The notes below the pieces were generated by a model that was given only the letters and a program-made list of their open reading frames with translations, made no database searches and was not told the DNA's origin. From Geobacter metallireducens GS-15 (GTDB taxonomy: Bacteria > Desulfobacterota > Desulfuromonadia > Geobacterales > Geobacteraceae): DNA of 32,000 nt. A program made the position numbers and the translations under genes. Shown in pieces: positions 15,564 through 24,243 of this stretch; the first letter of the stretch is position 1, and every line of letters starts with the position of its first letter. Location: contig NC_007517.1 in NCBI RefSeq assembly GCF_000012925.1, forward strand, positions 1,950,001 to 1,982,000. Direction: 5' to 3'.

Positions 15564-16469
15564 ATGAAGAAAAACCATGTAGTGATCGGCGTGATCATCG
15601 TGGCTGCCCTTGCCCTTCTTTTCACCCTTTCGATCCAGATTGCGCGGCTGATTTTGGGCGATGGACCCATGGTGAGTTCCGGCGAAGGGGTCGGGTATGT
15701 GGAGGTCAAGGGACCTATCCTGGAATCCGAGGAAATCGTCAAACAACTCAGCGAAATGCGGAAAAAGACCAATGTGAAAGCGGTCGTCCTGCGGATTGAG
15801 TCCCCCGGCGGGGTCATCGGTCCGTCCCAGGAGATTTATGAAGCGGTGAAGAAGCTCGCCAAGACCAAGAAGGTCGTGGTTTCCATGGGGAGCGTGGCCG
15901 CATCCGGAGGGTACCATATTGCCATCCCCGCCGCGGTCATCTATGCCAATCCCGGCACCATAACCGGGAGTATCGGCGTTTTGATGAAACTTGCCAATGT
16001 CGAGGGTTTGATGGACAAGGTGGGGATGAAGGCCTTTACCCTCAAGAGCGGTAAGTTCAAGGACGCAGGCTCACCGGTACGTGCCTTGACCGATGAGGAC
16101 AGGGCGCTGCTTCAGGGAGTAATCGACAATCTTCACACCCAGTTTGTGAAGGCCGTCGCCGAGGCGCGGAAACTCCCGGTCGAAGAGGTCAGGCGTCTCG
16201 CGGACGGGCGGGTGTATACCGGCGAGCAGGCTGTGTCGCTCAAACTCGTTGACCGGCTCGGGACCCTTGAGGATGCCGTTGAGGAGGCGGGTCGCCTGGC
16301 AGGAATCAAGGGTGAGCCGACATTGCTGATGCCGCCGAAAAAACGGAAGCATCTCAGGGATTATCTGCTGGAAGAAGCATCGGGCTTCTTTCGGGAGATA
16401 GTGCGGCGCGAGGGGGGATTCAGCGTCAACTACGAGCTTGATCCGGCCGTGGGCAATGGAGGCCGTTGA
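15564..16469 (+). CDS. sppA: signal peptide peptidase SppA (36K type)
   Basis: N-terminal TM anchor, ClpP/crotonase-like SppA blocks (VVLRIESPGGV, SMGSVAASGGYHIA) and a Lys region (LKSGKFKD). Confidence 0.9.
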   Translation: MKKNHVVIGVIIVAALALLFTLSIQIARLILGDGPMVSSGEGVGYVEVKGPILESEEIVKQLSEMRKKTNVKAVVLRIESPGGVIGPSQEIYEAVKKLAKTKKVVVSMGSVAASGGYHIAIPAAVIYANPGTITGSIGVLMKLANVEGLMDKVGMKAFTLKSGKFKDAGSPVRALTDEDRALLQGVIDNLHTQFVKAVAEARKLPVEEVRRLADGRVYTGEQAVSLKLVDRLGTLEDAVEEAGRLAGIKGEPTLLMPPKKRKHLRDYLLEEASGFFREIVRREGGFSVNYELDPAVGNGGR

Positions 16470-16470
16470 C

Positions 16471-16491
16471 GGTATGGCGGGGCGCCATACC
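16471..16491. terminator. GC-rich hairpin between convergent sppA and the DUF882 gene (no U-tract)
   Basis: Perfect 9-bp stem GGTATGGCG-GGG-CGCCATACC in the 24-nt gap between the two stop codons. There is no T-run on either strand, so a terminator function is uncertain. Confidence 0.4.
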
Positions 16492-16493
16492 AC

Positions 16494-17057
16494 TCACCAG
16501 GTTCTGAAAGCGCCTGAGTCGATGTGAACAAATCCCGAGTTGGGGTAGAAACCGACACCGCCCATGTGGAGGTCGACGGCAGCCTCCCGAATGCTGGCGA
16601 TGCTCTTGCCGGGAATGGAGATGTCGATGGCCCTGCCGGCAAGGTGGAGGCTATGCTGGGCAACTCCGTGGCCGTTCTCCCGCAGCAGGTTATTGTAGAG
16701 GGGCGAACGGTAGGCCGAGATGATGTGTATCTCGTTGTTGCCGCCAAACTTCTTGTCGACGAGATTGAGGAACTCAAGGGTGTTGACGTCCATCTCGGTC
16801 ACTTCATTGGTGTAGTGGCACCGGAGAATCCAGTTGAGGGTGTTGAGGGAGTCGAGATCGTAATTTCCGGCTGCATCCCGGAAGGCCAGGGCAATTCGTT
16901 CACGGGTATGAGTGTTGAAGAGGGAAAGCTGTCCAGGGGGCAAGAGTTCCGGTGTTGACACGAAACGTCCGAATGCCGATCCCACCCCCATGAGCGTAAG
17001 TGCTCCTGTAAGGGTGGCCTTTAGAAAGTTTCTTCTGTTTAACATCTTGAAATCCAT
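16494..17057 (-). CDS. Tat-exported DUF882/YcbK-like peptidase M15A family protein
   Basis: Twin-arginine signal NRRNFLKATLTGALTL...SAFG. Zn-peptidase-like blocks are SAYRSPLYN, HSLHLAGRAIDI and GGVGFYPNSGFVHIDSG. Confidence 0.85.
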   Translation of the reverse strand: MDFKMLNRRNFLKATLTGALTLMGVGSAFGRFVSTPELLPPGQLSLFNTHTRERIALAFRDAAGNYDLDSLNTLNWILRCHYTNEVTEMDVNTLEFLNLVDKKFGGNNEIHIISAYRSPLYNNLLRENGHGVAQHSLHLAGRAIDISIPGKSIASIREAAVDLHMGGVGFYPNSGFVHIDSGAFRTW

Positions 17058-17210
17058 TGATTTTTACCTGCCTTTATTCGAGTGCTGCGGGAAAACGGAG
17101 TCCTATTCGTACCAAAAACGGGTTTTGTGTGTCAACCGTTTCGGTCCCTTGCGGCCTGCAGTGGCTGCCGAATGGGTCAATTACCGGAACGTATGCCATT
17201 GATAAAGCAA

Positions 17211-17233
17211 AAGGAAGGCCAATCGCCTTCCTT
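17211..17233 (-). terminator. intrinsic terminator after the glutamate synthase operon
   Basis: AAGGAAGGC-CAATC-GCCTTCCTT hairpin. The - strand continues TTTTGCTTTATC. It lies 35 nt downstream of the stop at 17268. Confidence 0.7.
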
Positions 17234-17267
17234 TTGTGAATTTTACAGGAAATTTACACTCCGTGCC

Positions 17268-18017
17268 TCAGCGGGGCATGGGGCAGTAAAGGTTGCCGTA
17301 GGGGCGTCGGCTTAGGGGAAGAACCTTCACGAACTCTTCCTTGGCCACGTCTGCGTAGTCGATGCCGAAATCGTTGCAGTATTCCTTCAAATACCCTTCC
17401 AGCTCAAGCCGATCCTCATCGGTAAGCTCGAACACACCGACCTCTCGTGAGAGTTTCGTTTCGTCCACGCCCCCCCGCACAAAGATGGTGCCGCCGTGCA
17501 TGCCGGTGCCGAAGCGAAAGCCGTGCTTCGGTTTCTCCGGCTCGTCGCTGAACAGGTCGAGAAGGATGAGTACCCCCCCAGCCATGTACTCGCCGAAGAA
17601 GTCACCAGCCTTGCCGCCGGCGATCAGAACCGGCTTGTTGGACTCGTAGGACTTCATGTGGATGCCGACCCGGTATCCCACGTCCTTGCGAATGTGGACC
17701 CGCCCACCGCGCATGCCGTACCCGAGCACGTCACCGGCGTGGCCGTGGACGATGACCTTGCCCGCATTCATGGTGTTGCCGATGTTGTCCTGAGCGTTGT
17801 CGTTCACGACGATAGTGGCGCCGTTCATGAACGCAGCCAGGTCGTTGCCTGGAACGCCGTTGATGGCAATGGTGACCGGCCTGTTGATGCCGTCGCCGAT
17901 GAAGTACTGGCCGTTCACGTTGTCGAGGACGATCTCCGCGGCCCCTGCGGCCACTGCCTCACGGATTTTCAGGTTCAGGTCCCGGTAGTAGAGACCTTGA
18001 GCGTCAATTTTTGTCAT
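17268..18017 (-). CDS. glutamate synthase GXGXG-domain subunit (GltB C-terminal-domain-like)
   Basis: Repeated beta-helix GXGXG blocks are HGHAGDVLGYGMRGGRVHI and AGGKAGDFFGEYMAGGVLILL. The listed ORF (18173) was trimmed to the ATG at 18017, preceded by GAGAGAGG. Confidence 0.88.
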   Translation of the reverse strand: MTKIDAQGLYYRDLNLKIREAVAAGAAEIVLDNVNGQYFIGDGINRPVTIAINGVPGNDLAAFMNGATIVVNDNAQDNIGNTMNAGKVIVHGHAGDVLGYGMRGGRVHIRKDVGYRVGIHMKSYESNKPVLIAGGKAGDFFGEYMAGGVLILLDLFSDEPEKPKHGFRFGTGMHGGTIFVRGGVDETKLSREVGVFELTDEDRLELEGYLKEYCNDFGIDYADVAKEEFVKVLPLSRRPYGNLYCPMPR

Positions 18018-18094
18018 AGGAACCTCTCTCAAAGGGGCCAGGCTGGGGTGACGGGGGTAACAGGTCCCCGCTCCCCGGTCCCTGGTCCCGGATG

Positions 18095-19216
18095 TCAGAT
18101 TACTCCCGGCTGCATCTTGGCGATGACCGGCTCTCCGCCGCGGGGTGCCCAGACCTTGTCGGGTTTGGGGCAAATCTCGCGGATTGCCGCCTCCTCGGAG
18201 GCCATGTAGACAAAATCGTCCTTGGTGGCACAGACCAGGGGACGGAGCTTCACCCGGTCATTGAGGCCGATAAGCCCTTCATTGCTGGCAAAGAGGATGG
18301 CGAAGGGGCCGTTGAGCAAGGCGCTGCCGTAACACTGGCGGATGGCGGTGAGAAGCTGTCGCTCGTCTTCGGGAAGGGCGTCGATGATGTCCCAGAAGGG
18401 GGAGGCCATGGCTAGGCTCGCCAACTCCGGGGTGAGACCGTGCTTGCGGATCAGGAGGTCGAGGGTGTAGGCCACGACCTCGGTGTCGGTCAGCATGGTG
18501 CAGAGGTAGCCGTACATTTCCAGGTACCGCTTGTTGATGCCGTAGGACGAGATCTCGCCGTTATGGACAATGGACCAGTCCAGCAGCGTAAAGGGGTGAG
18601 CGCCACCCCACCAGCCCGGGGTATTGGTCGGAAAGCGGTTGTGGGCGGTCCAGATGTATCCCTTGTATTCTTCGAGTCGGAAGAAGTTGGCGATCTCCTC
18701 AGGATAGCCGACCCCCTTGAAGGCCCCCATGTTTTTGCCGGAGGAGACCACGAAGGCTCCTTCGATACCGTTATTGATCCCCATGACGTGTCGGACGATG
18801 ACGTCCTCGTCGGTCATGTTCTGAAACTCGATAGCCTCGTTGTACTCGGCTGTCTGGAGGGGCTTCACGAAGTAACGTTTGAAGGCCGGCGGATTGGCGA
18901 TGGCCGGGGTACGACGGGTGGGGATCTCTTCGTGATGTTCGATGTAGAAGTGCTGCTCCAGATATTCCTCGGTGAGCTGTTGCGCCATTCCACTCTCGTA
19001 CATGAGGTGGAAGGCGTAGAAATCCTTGAACTCAGGATAGATGCCGTAAGCTGCGAAGCCACCGCCGAGGCCGTTTCCCCGGTCGTGCATGAGGGCGATG
19101 GACTTGATGATGACACTCCCCTCGACCAGGTTGCCGGCGGTGGAGATGAAGCCGGTCAGGCCGCAGTTGGAGATGTCTTTCTGGAAGTAGTGGGTCGGTT
19201 TCAATTCTCTGGTCAT
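18095..19216 (-). CDS. class-II (Ntn) glutamine amidotransferase subunit of archaeal-type glutamate synthase
   Basis: GATase-2 blocks are NCGLTGFIS, HDRGNGLGGGFA and AHNRFPTNTPGWWGGAHPF. Confidence 0.88.
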   Translation of the reverse strand: MTRELKPTHYFQKDISNCGLTGFISTAGNLVEGSVIIKSIALMHDRGNGLGGGFAAYGIYPEFKDFYAFHLMYESGMAQQLTEEYLEQHFYIEHHEEIPTRRTPAIANPPAFKRYFVKPLQTAEYNEAIEFQNMTDEDVIVRHVMGINNGIEGAFVVSSGKNMGAFKGVGYPEEIANFFRLEEYKGYIWTAHNRFPTNTPGWWGGAHPFTLLDWSIVHNGEISSYGINKRYLEMYGYLCTMLTDTEVVAYTLDLLIRKHGLTPELASLAMASPFWDIIDALPEDERQLLTAIRQCYGSALLNGPFAILFASNEGLIGLNDRVKLRPLVCATKDDFVYMASEEAAIREICPKPDKVWAPRGGEPVIAKMQPGVI

Positions 19217-19255
19217 GTCAAAACCTCGATCTGGTCGTCGCGAAACGGTGCCGGG

Positions 19256-20566
19256 TCAATGCCCGACGGCCCTGGCCTGTTCGTAAGCTCCCGTCACTTT
19301 GCCGACGGGGGCGAAGAGGGTGGAGCGAATCTCCCGGGGGAGATTGACGAAGCCGAAGTCGGGGGTGAGGAGGTGGTCCTTGAAAGAGCTTACCTCGATC
19401 CGGTCGCGGATAAGACCGGCAAAGATGCCGGCCCGGTCCACGGCCCCCACGAGGACGGCGCCAGCCAGGATACCGTCCTTGAGGACGATCTTTCGGTACT
19501 GGTAGTTCTCCAGATCCTGATAGGTGAGGATCTCGTATTCCTTGGGCTCCACCGGGTTCGTGATCCCCATGGAGATGGTGGATACCTTGAAGAGTTCGAT
19601 GGAGTTCATGGCAATGCCGCCTTGGTACCCCTTTGAACCGCCCGCCATGGTTACCCCGGCGATGTCCCCCTGGATGTAGGCGTCGGGCCAGATGGGCATC
19701 GGGTTCTTGACGCCGGAGAAGAAGTCCTTTGCCTCGGCCACGTCGCCAGCGGCGAAGACCCCCTTCACGTTGGTCTCCATCAGGTCGTCCACCACGATGC
19801 CCCGGTTCACCTCCACGCCGCTTCCCTTGAGGAATCCGGCTGCGGGGCGCACCCCGATGGCGACGACAACCGTGTCGCAGGGGATAAAGTCGCCCGACTT
19901 CAGGGTGACGCCGGTGATGGCGGCGCCATCACCCTCGATCCGCACCACCGTGTCCTCGGTGATGACGTCGATGCCGTTGGCCTTCATCTTTTTGGCCACT
20001 ACCCGCCCGGCGGGGCGGTCAAAGGCGGCGGAGAGGATCCGGTCGGCCAGTTCCACGATGGTGATTTTTTTATCGATAAGATGGAGTCCTTCTGCAGCCT
20101 TGAGGCCGATGAGGCCGCCGCCGATGACCACTACCTTCTCGATATCGTCGGCAATCCCCTTGAGTTTCGCCGCGTCGTCCCAGGTGGTGAAGGTGAAGAT
20201 CCGGTCCTTGCCGGCCATTCCCTCGATGGGAGGAACGAAAGGGTCGCCTCCCGTCGCAACGAGGAGCTTGTCGTAGACGATCACATCGCCGCCGGCGATG
20301 GTCACTTTCCGGTTGTCGGTGTCGACGCCAACCACTTCCGCGTTGAGGAGGAGGTTCACCCGGTTCTTCTCGTAGAAGTCCTCCGGGAGGTAGGCCATCC
20401 GCTTTTCCGTGATGAGGCCGCCGAGGAGGTAGGAGATGAGGGGGCGGCCGTAGGCTACGTGGCGCTCCCGCGAGATGACGGTGATGTTCCCCTGCTGGTC
20501 GATGCTCCTGATACCCCGGATGGCGCCCACGGCAGCCACGGAGTTTCCAATGATCACATAGTTCAT
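19256..20566 (-). CDS. FAD/NAD(P)-dependent pyridine nucleotide-disulfide-family oxidoreductase
   Basis: The start MNYVIIGNSVAAVGAIRGIR is a dinucleotide fold. The second Rossmann is VVVIGGGLIGLKAAE, followed by GVFAAGDVAE. The ATG at 20566 overlaps the ferredoxin stop (ATGA). The listed long ORF (20953) was trimmed. Confidence 0.85.
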   Translation of the reverse strand: MNYVIIGNSVAAVGAIRGIRSIDQQGNITVISRERHVAYGRPLISYLLGGLITEKRMAYLPEDFYEKNRVNLLLNAEVVGVDTDNRKVTIAGGDVIVYDKLLVATGGDPFVPPIEGMAGKDRIFTFTTWDDAAKLKGIADDIEKVVVIGGGLIGLKAAEGLHLIDKKITIVELADRILSAAFDRPAGRVVAKKMKANGIDVITEDTVVRIEGDGAAITGVTLKSGDFIPCDTVVVAIGVRPAAGFLKGSGVEVNRGIVVDDLMETNVKGVFAAGDVAEAKDFFSGVKNPMPIWPDAYIQGDIAGVTMAGGSKGYQGGIAMNSIELFKVSTISMGITNPVEPKEYEILTYQDLENYQYRKIVLKDGILAGAVLVGAVDRAGIFAGLIRDRIEVSSFKDHLLTPDFGFVNLPREIRSTLFAPVGKVTGAYEQARAVGH

Positions 20567-21012
20567 TTCTGGCTCCCCTCCTTGTAGACGAGTGCCCGGT
20601 TGGGGCAGGCATCGACGCAGGCCGGGCTGGTGCGGTCCGGGCAGAGGTCGCACTTGTTGGCCTTTTTCTTCGTGAGGTTGCGCTGCACGGCGCCGTAGGG
20701 GCAGGCCATGACGCAGGACCAGCAGCCGACGCACTGTTCGGTGTCGATCCGGACCACGCCCTTGTCGTCTTTCTGGATGGCGCCGGAGATGCAGGCCCGC
20801 AGGCAGTCGGGCTCGTCGCAGTGGCGGCAGGTGGTGGAGAAGGAGACGACTCCTCCGTCCCACTCCTCGACGGTGCAGCGGGAAATGGGGCGGTACTCCT
20901 CGTGGAGAAATGCCTTGACCGGGTTTTTGGACTGGGAGTGCTCGGTGATGCACGCCACCTCACAGAGGTGGCAGCCGATGCAGACGTCTTCGATCATGTA
21001 GATGCGCTTCAT
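20563..21012 (-). CDS. multi-cluster 4Fe-4S ferredoxin-domain protein
   Basis: Four Cys clusters: CIGCHLCEVAC, CRHCDEPDCLRAC, CVGCWSCVMACP and CDLCPDRTSPACVDACP. Confidence 0.85.
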   Translation of the reverse strand: MKRIYMIEDVCIGCHLCEVACITEHSQSKNPVKAFLHEEYRPISRCTVEEWDGGVVSFSTTCRHCDEPDCLRACISGAIQKDDKGVVRIDTEQCVGCWSCVMACPYGAVQRNLTKKKANKCDLCPDRTSPACVDACPNRALVYKEGSQK

Positions 21013-21015
21013 ACC

Positions 21016-22545
21016 TTATTCTCCAGCGGGCATGACGCCCAGGATGTTCATGTCTTTCTCGGTGAGGCCAAGGGCGCGGAGCTTGTAACGGTTGCCCCGC
21101 AGCGACTCCAGGGCGTTGAGCCCCATGCCGCCCAGGATTTCCTTCATCTCGTGGCCCCAGGCGTGGACCAGGTTCACCAACCGCTCGGCACCAAGTTCGG
21201 GGTTGAGGCGCTTGGCGAGGTACGGGTTGTTGGTGGTGATCCCCCAGGGGCACTTGCCGGTGTAGCAGCGCTGACAGAGGGTGCATCCCAGGGCCAGAAG
21301 CGTCGAGGTCCCCATGTTGATGGCGTCGGCCCCAAGGGCAATGGCCTTGATGGCGTCCCCTGATGAGCGAACCCCACCCCCCACCACGATGGATACCTGG
21401 TTCCTGATCCCCTCGTCCCGGAGCCGTGCGTCAACGGCGGCCAGGGCCAGCTCCATGGGGATGCCGACGTTGTCGCGAATCACTTGGGGCGCCGCGCCGG
21501 TCCCTCCCCGGAAACCGTCGATGGTGATGATGTCGGCTCCGGCCCGGGCCACGCCCGAGGCGATGGCCGCCACGTGGTGGACCGCAGCGATCTTCACCGA
21601 CACCGGCTTCGTGTAGTTGGTGGCTTCCTTGAGGGCGAAGATCAACTGGCGCAAATCTTCGATGGAGTAAATGTCGTGGTGGGGCGCCGGCGATATGGCG
21701 TCAGCCCCGGCCGGGATCATCCGGGTTTCGGAAATCTGATCGTTAACCTTCTCGCCGGGGAGGTGGCCGCCGATCCCCGGCTTTGCCCCCTGGCCCACCT
21801 TGATCTCGATGGCAACGCCGGCGTTCAGATAGGCTTCGCTCACACCGAAGCGTCCCGATGCCACCTGTACCATGACGTTGCTGCCGTACTGGTAGAGATC
21901 CCTGTGGAGTCCACCCTCGCCGGTGTTGTAGAGGGTGCCCAGTTCCTTGGCTGCCATGGCCATGGCCTTATGGGCGTTGAGGTTAAGAGCCCCGTAGCTC
22001 ATGGCGGAGAAGATGAAGGGGTACTCCATCTTGATCTGGGGGGTGAGCTTTGTGGCGAGCTTGGGCTTGCCGGTCTGCTCGTCACGGACCACCTCGATGG
22101 AATGGGGCTTCTTACCCAGGTAGGTCCGCAGCTCCATGGGCTCCCGAAGGGGGTCGATGGAAGGGTTGGTCACCTGGGAGGCGTCCAGCAGCATGTGATC
22201 CCAGTAGATGGGATACTTGGCCGGGTTTCCCATGGCGGCCAGGAGAATCCCCCCCGTGTCGGCCTGGGCGTAAAGGTTGCGGATGTGGGCGTTGGACCAC
22301 GATTCGTTCCGCTTGAACACCTCTTCGTTGCTCCGGATGGTGATGGCGCCGGTGGGGCAGAGGGCCGAGCAACGGCGGCAGCCGATGCAGAGGGTGTTGT
22401 CCTCGGTCAGGGCGTCGGCCTTGGCTTCATAGGCGTGGACCTCGTAGGCGCACTGGCGGACGCAGACCTTGCAGCGGATGCATGTGGCGTCGCTGCGGTC
22501 GATGATGAATTCGTTGAACGATTCCGTTACAGATTTGTAGAGCAC
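21016..22545 (-). CDS. glutamate synthase FMN-binding (GltB central domain) subunit with N-terminal 2x[4Fe-4S]
   Basis: CIRCKVCVRQC and CIGCRRCSALCP are followed by the GltS FMN barrel (VKIAAVHHVAAIASGVARAGADIITIDGFRGGTGAAP, VSIVVGGGVRSSGDAIKAIALGADA). The GTG start at 22545 lies 7 nt after AGGAGG. Confidence 0.9.
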   Translation of the reverse strand: MLYKSVTESFNEFIIDRSDATCIRCKVCVRQCAYEVHAYEAKADALTEDNTLCIGCRRCSALCPTGAITIRSNEEVFKRNESWSNAHIRNLYAQADTGGILLAAMGNPAKYPIYWDHMLLDASQVTNPSIDPLREPMELRTYLGKKPHSIEVVRDEQTGKPKLATKLTPQIKMEYPFIFSAMSYGALNLNAHKAMAMAAKELGTLYNTGEGGLHRDLYQYGSNVMVQVASGRFGVSEAYLNAGVAIEIKVGQGAKPGIGGHLPGEKVNDQISETRMIPAGADAISPAPHHDIYSIEDLRQLIFALKEATNYTKPVSVKIAAVHHVAAIASGVARAGADIITIDGFRGGTGAAPQVIRDNVGIPMELALAAVDARLRDEGIRNQVSIVVGGGVRSSGDAIKAIALGADAINMGTSTLLALGCTLCQRCYTGKCPWGITTNNPYLAKRLNPELGAERLVNLVHAWGHEMKEILGGMGLNALESLRGNRYKLRALGLTEKDMNILGVMPAGE

Positions 22546-22612
22546 CGTGGAACCTCCTGAAAGCGGGTGCGCGAGTGTGTGGGTACTCTCGTGCCTCGTG
22601 GCTTACAGGTTA

Positions 22613-22628
22613 TACAAGAGGCGTACCA
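22613..22628 (-). promoter_or_regulatory. weak sigma-54-like element upstream of the glutamate synthase operon
   Basis: The - strand reads TGGTACGCCTCTTGTA. The spacing fits TGGCAC-N5-TTGCA, but the -24 C is T and the -12 GC is GT. It lies about 68 nt upstream of the GTG start. Confidence 0.3.
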
Positions 22629-22843
22629 GTTTTGTGGTTTCTGATGTTGTTGATGGCAATGTCTTGAAATGACACGTAATTGTATGTGTATTGAAGAGCT
22701 TGTCGATGTGGGAGGGCGCCTGAATTAGTTGCGGCTTATGGGGTTGGGGTGGTGGGGTGTAGAAAAGGGATGCTGTTAGATTACATTGTTTGCACACTGA
22801 CCGGTTGGGCCGATGGTCTACAAAATGAAGATTACCGGAGTGG

Positions 22844-23836
22844 TCAGCGCCAGGGGAAGAGCGTGCGGTATTTCCGGATCTCCTGCTCAAAGGTTTGTTC
22901 GATCTCTCCCTTTGGGCTGTTCAATCTGTAATAGACAAGAGCAAAGGCAATGGCGCCGAAAAGAAGTATGATGCAAGCGGCTGTTGCTAATCGCAACAAC
23001 CGCTTTCGGCGGGAGTAAGCCGCATACTCAAGGGAAGAGATACTTACGGTTCCGCCCTGATGGTCACGAAGCCGATCCAGTTGTTCAAGTGAGATAAACC
23101 TGATTACTGAGTCGCGGTCCCGTTCGTCGATGCAGAGGAAATGGAGGGCGGTGCTGAACAGCGGGGGAGTCCCTTCCTTGGTGCGGAGGGTGTCCACATG
23201 GACCACCTCCGCAATGATTGGCACAATCTTGAGATCTTCAAGGGGAAGGTAGAGTTCCATTGACAGGAGAGTGCCTGTTTGAAATTTATCCCGCGTTCTG
23301 ATTCTGATGCCCGAGCCGCTCAGATTGGCCGCCAGTGGAACTGCTCTGGACGGCTCAGTGGCAGGAGATGTTTCCCTATCGGTTGATAAATGGGCGGCAT
23401 CGTCCGTGGATTGATGTACCGGATACCGTTTTGCTCGCCACCGTTCCTGCAGTTGCTCGGGAGTTGCGTCGAGGTCCAACTGATACCGAACCGGAACATA
23501 GGTCTCGATGCGGTAGTACTCACGCATTTCATCGGGGATGACGTTGCCGATCAACCGGGCGGTTACCTGTGAGCCGTCCCGTTCAGCTACGATGATGGCA
23601 CGACTGCAGTAGGCGTTGCCATCCTTCCCCGTGCGGATGTCGACAAAAGTCCCCGTTTCTGCCCTGACGTCTTCAGGAAGAGCATCACGTGAAATCTGTA
23701 ACGTGATGAGATCTTCTTCCTGCAGGGTGATGATCGCTCCATCACGGAACGGTTTATTTTGCCCGCGGGGGAAGCGAACCTCAACCCGGAGTCCGGTAGC
23801 GAAATGCTTCTGGTAATCGGAGAACTCTTCTTTCAT
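22844..23836 (-). CDS. PilZ-domain c-di-GMP receptor with C-terminal membrane anchor
   Basis: The RxxxR motif (REYYR) is followed by (D/N)xSxxG (NLSGSG) in the central domain. The N-terminus is a YcgR/PilZN-like barrel. The C-terminal TM helix is ATAACIILLFGAIAFALVYY. Confidence 0.8.
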   Translation of the reverse strand: MKEEFSDYQKHFATGLRVEVRFPRGQNKPFRDGAIITLQEEDLITLQISRDALPEDVRAETGTFVDIRTGKDGNAYCSRAIIVAERDGSQVTARLIGNVIPDEMREYYRIETYVPVRYQLDLDATPEQLQERWRAKRYPVHQSTDDAAHLSTDRETSPATEPSRAVPLAANLSGSGIRIRTRDKFQTGTLLSMELYLPLEDLKIVPIIAEVVHVDTLRTKEGTPPLFSTALHFLCIDERDRDSVIRFISLEQLDRLRDHQGGTVSISSLEYAAYSRRKRLLRLATAACIILLFGAIAFALVYYRLNSPKGEIEQTFEQEIRKYRTLFPWR

Positions 23837-23851
23837 GGTGCTTCCATGGAT

Positions 23852-24046
23852 TCAGGATTGAATGAGTTCGTTGAGTTCTTTAAGAAGTTTTTCCAGATCG
23901 GTCTTGTGGACGCCGGCCCCGTGCTCAAGCTCTTCGTAATCGGCCACCTGGCATTCATAGCAATCGAGGCCGTATTTCTCAAATATCTTCAGGGATTGGG
24001 GATAGGTGCGGATGATGTCGCCGATTCTCATGGTTTTCGTGATCAT
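23852..24046 (-). CDS. DUF1858-like small redox-disulfide domain protein
   Basis: 64-aa product with TMRIGDIIRTYPQSLKIFEKYGLDCYEC, which resembles the hybrid-cluster-protein-associated DUF1858 domain. Strong AAGGAG SD. The stop lies 15 nt before the PilZ start. Confidence 0.65.
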   Translation of the reverse strand: MITKTMRIGDIIRTYPQSLKIFEKYGLDCYECQVADYEELEHGAGVHKTDLEKLLKELNELIQS

Positions 24047-24171
24047 CGCCTACTCCTTTGTTGGGGCTTGAGCCCTGTTTTCCGCCATTCCTGAACTCAA
24101 GATACATACTACTCATCGGCAGGTCGGGCGGATGCTTTAGGTTATCGTCTCTTCGTGCCGGTTGAATATGA

Positions 24172-24208
24172 AAAAAGGCGAGGTAGTACCTGAGTATTCC
24201 CCGCCTTC
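24172..24208 (-). terminator. intrinsic terminator downstream of coaD
   Basis: The - strand has an AAGGCGGGG...CCTCGCCTT stem (one mismatch) followed by TTTTTT (+ strand A-run at 24172-24177). Confidence 0.6.
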
Positions 24209-24243
24209 TTCCGTTGAAGGGTAGCGTCCGCTCTAGCTCAAGT

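Noticed and set aside
19256-20963. N-terminal extensions of the oxidoreductase (565-aa version) and the 297-aa ORF 20070..20963.
   Set aside because: The extension is Arg/Pro-rich and overlaps the ferredoxin gene in another frame. The conserved dinucleotide-binding start MNYVIIGN at 20566, coupled by ATGA to the ferredoxin stop, is the sensible start.
18440-22560. Long + strand ORFs 18440..19636, 20821..21363 and 21484..22560.
   Set aside because: They are antisense to the well-supported glutamate synthase subunit genes. Their translations are Gly/Asp/Val-rich shadow frames.
22739-22759. G-rich run GGGGTTGGGGTGGTGGGG as a G-quadruplex.
   Set aside because: There are only three G3-or-longer runs within a usable distance, and the fourth is a GG. 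The run is on the non-transcribed strand relative to the neighbouring genes, so the evidence is weak.
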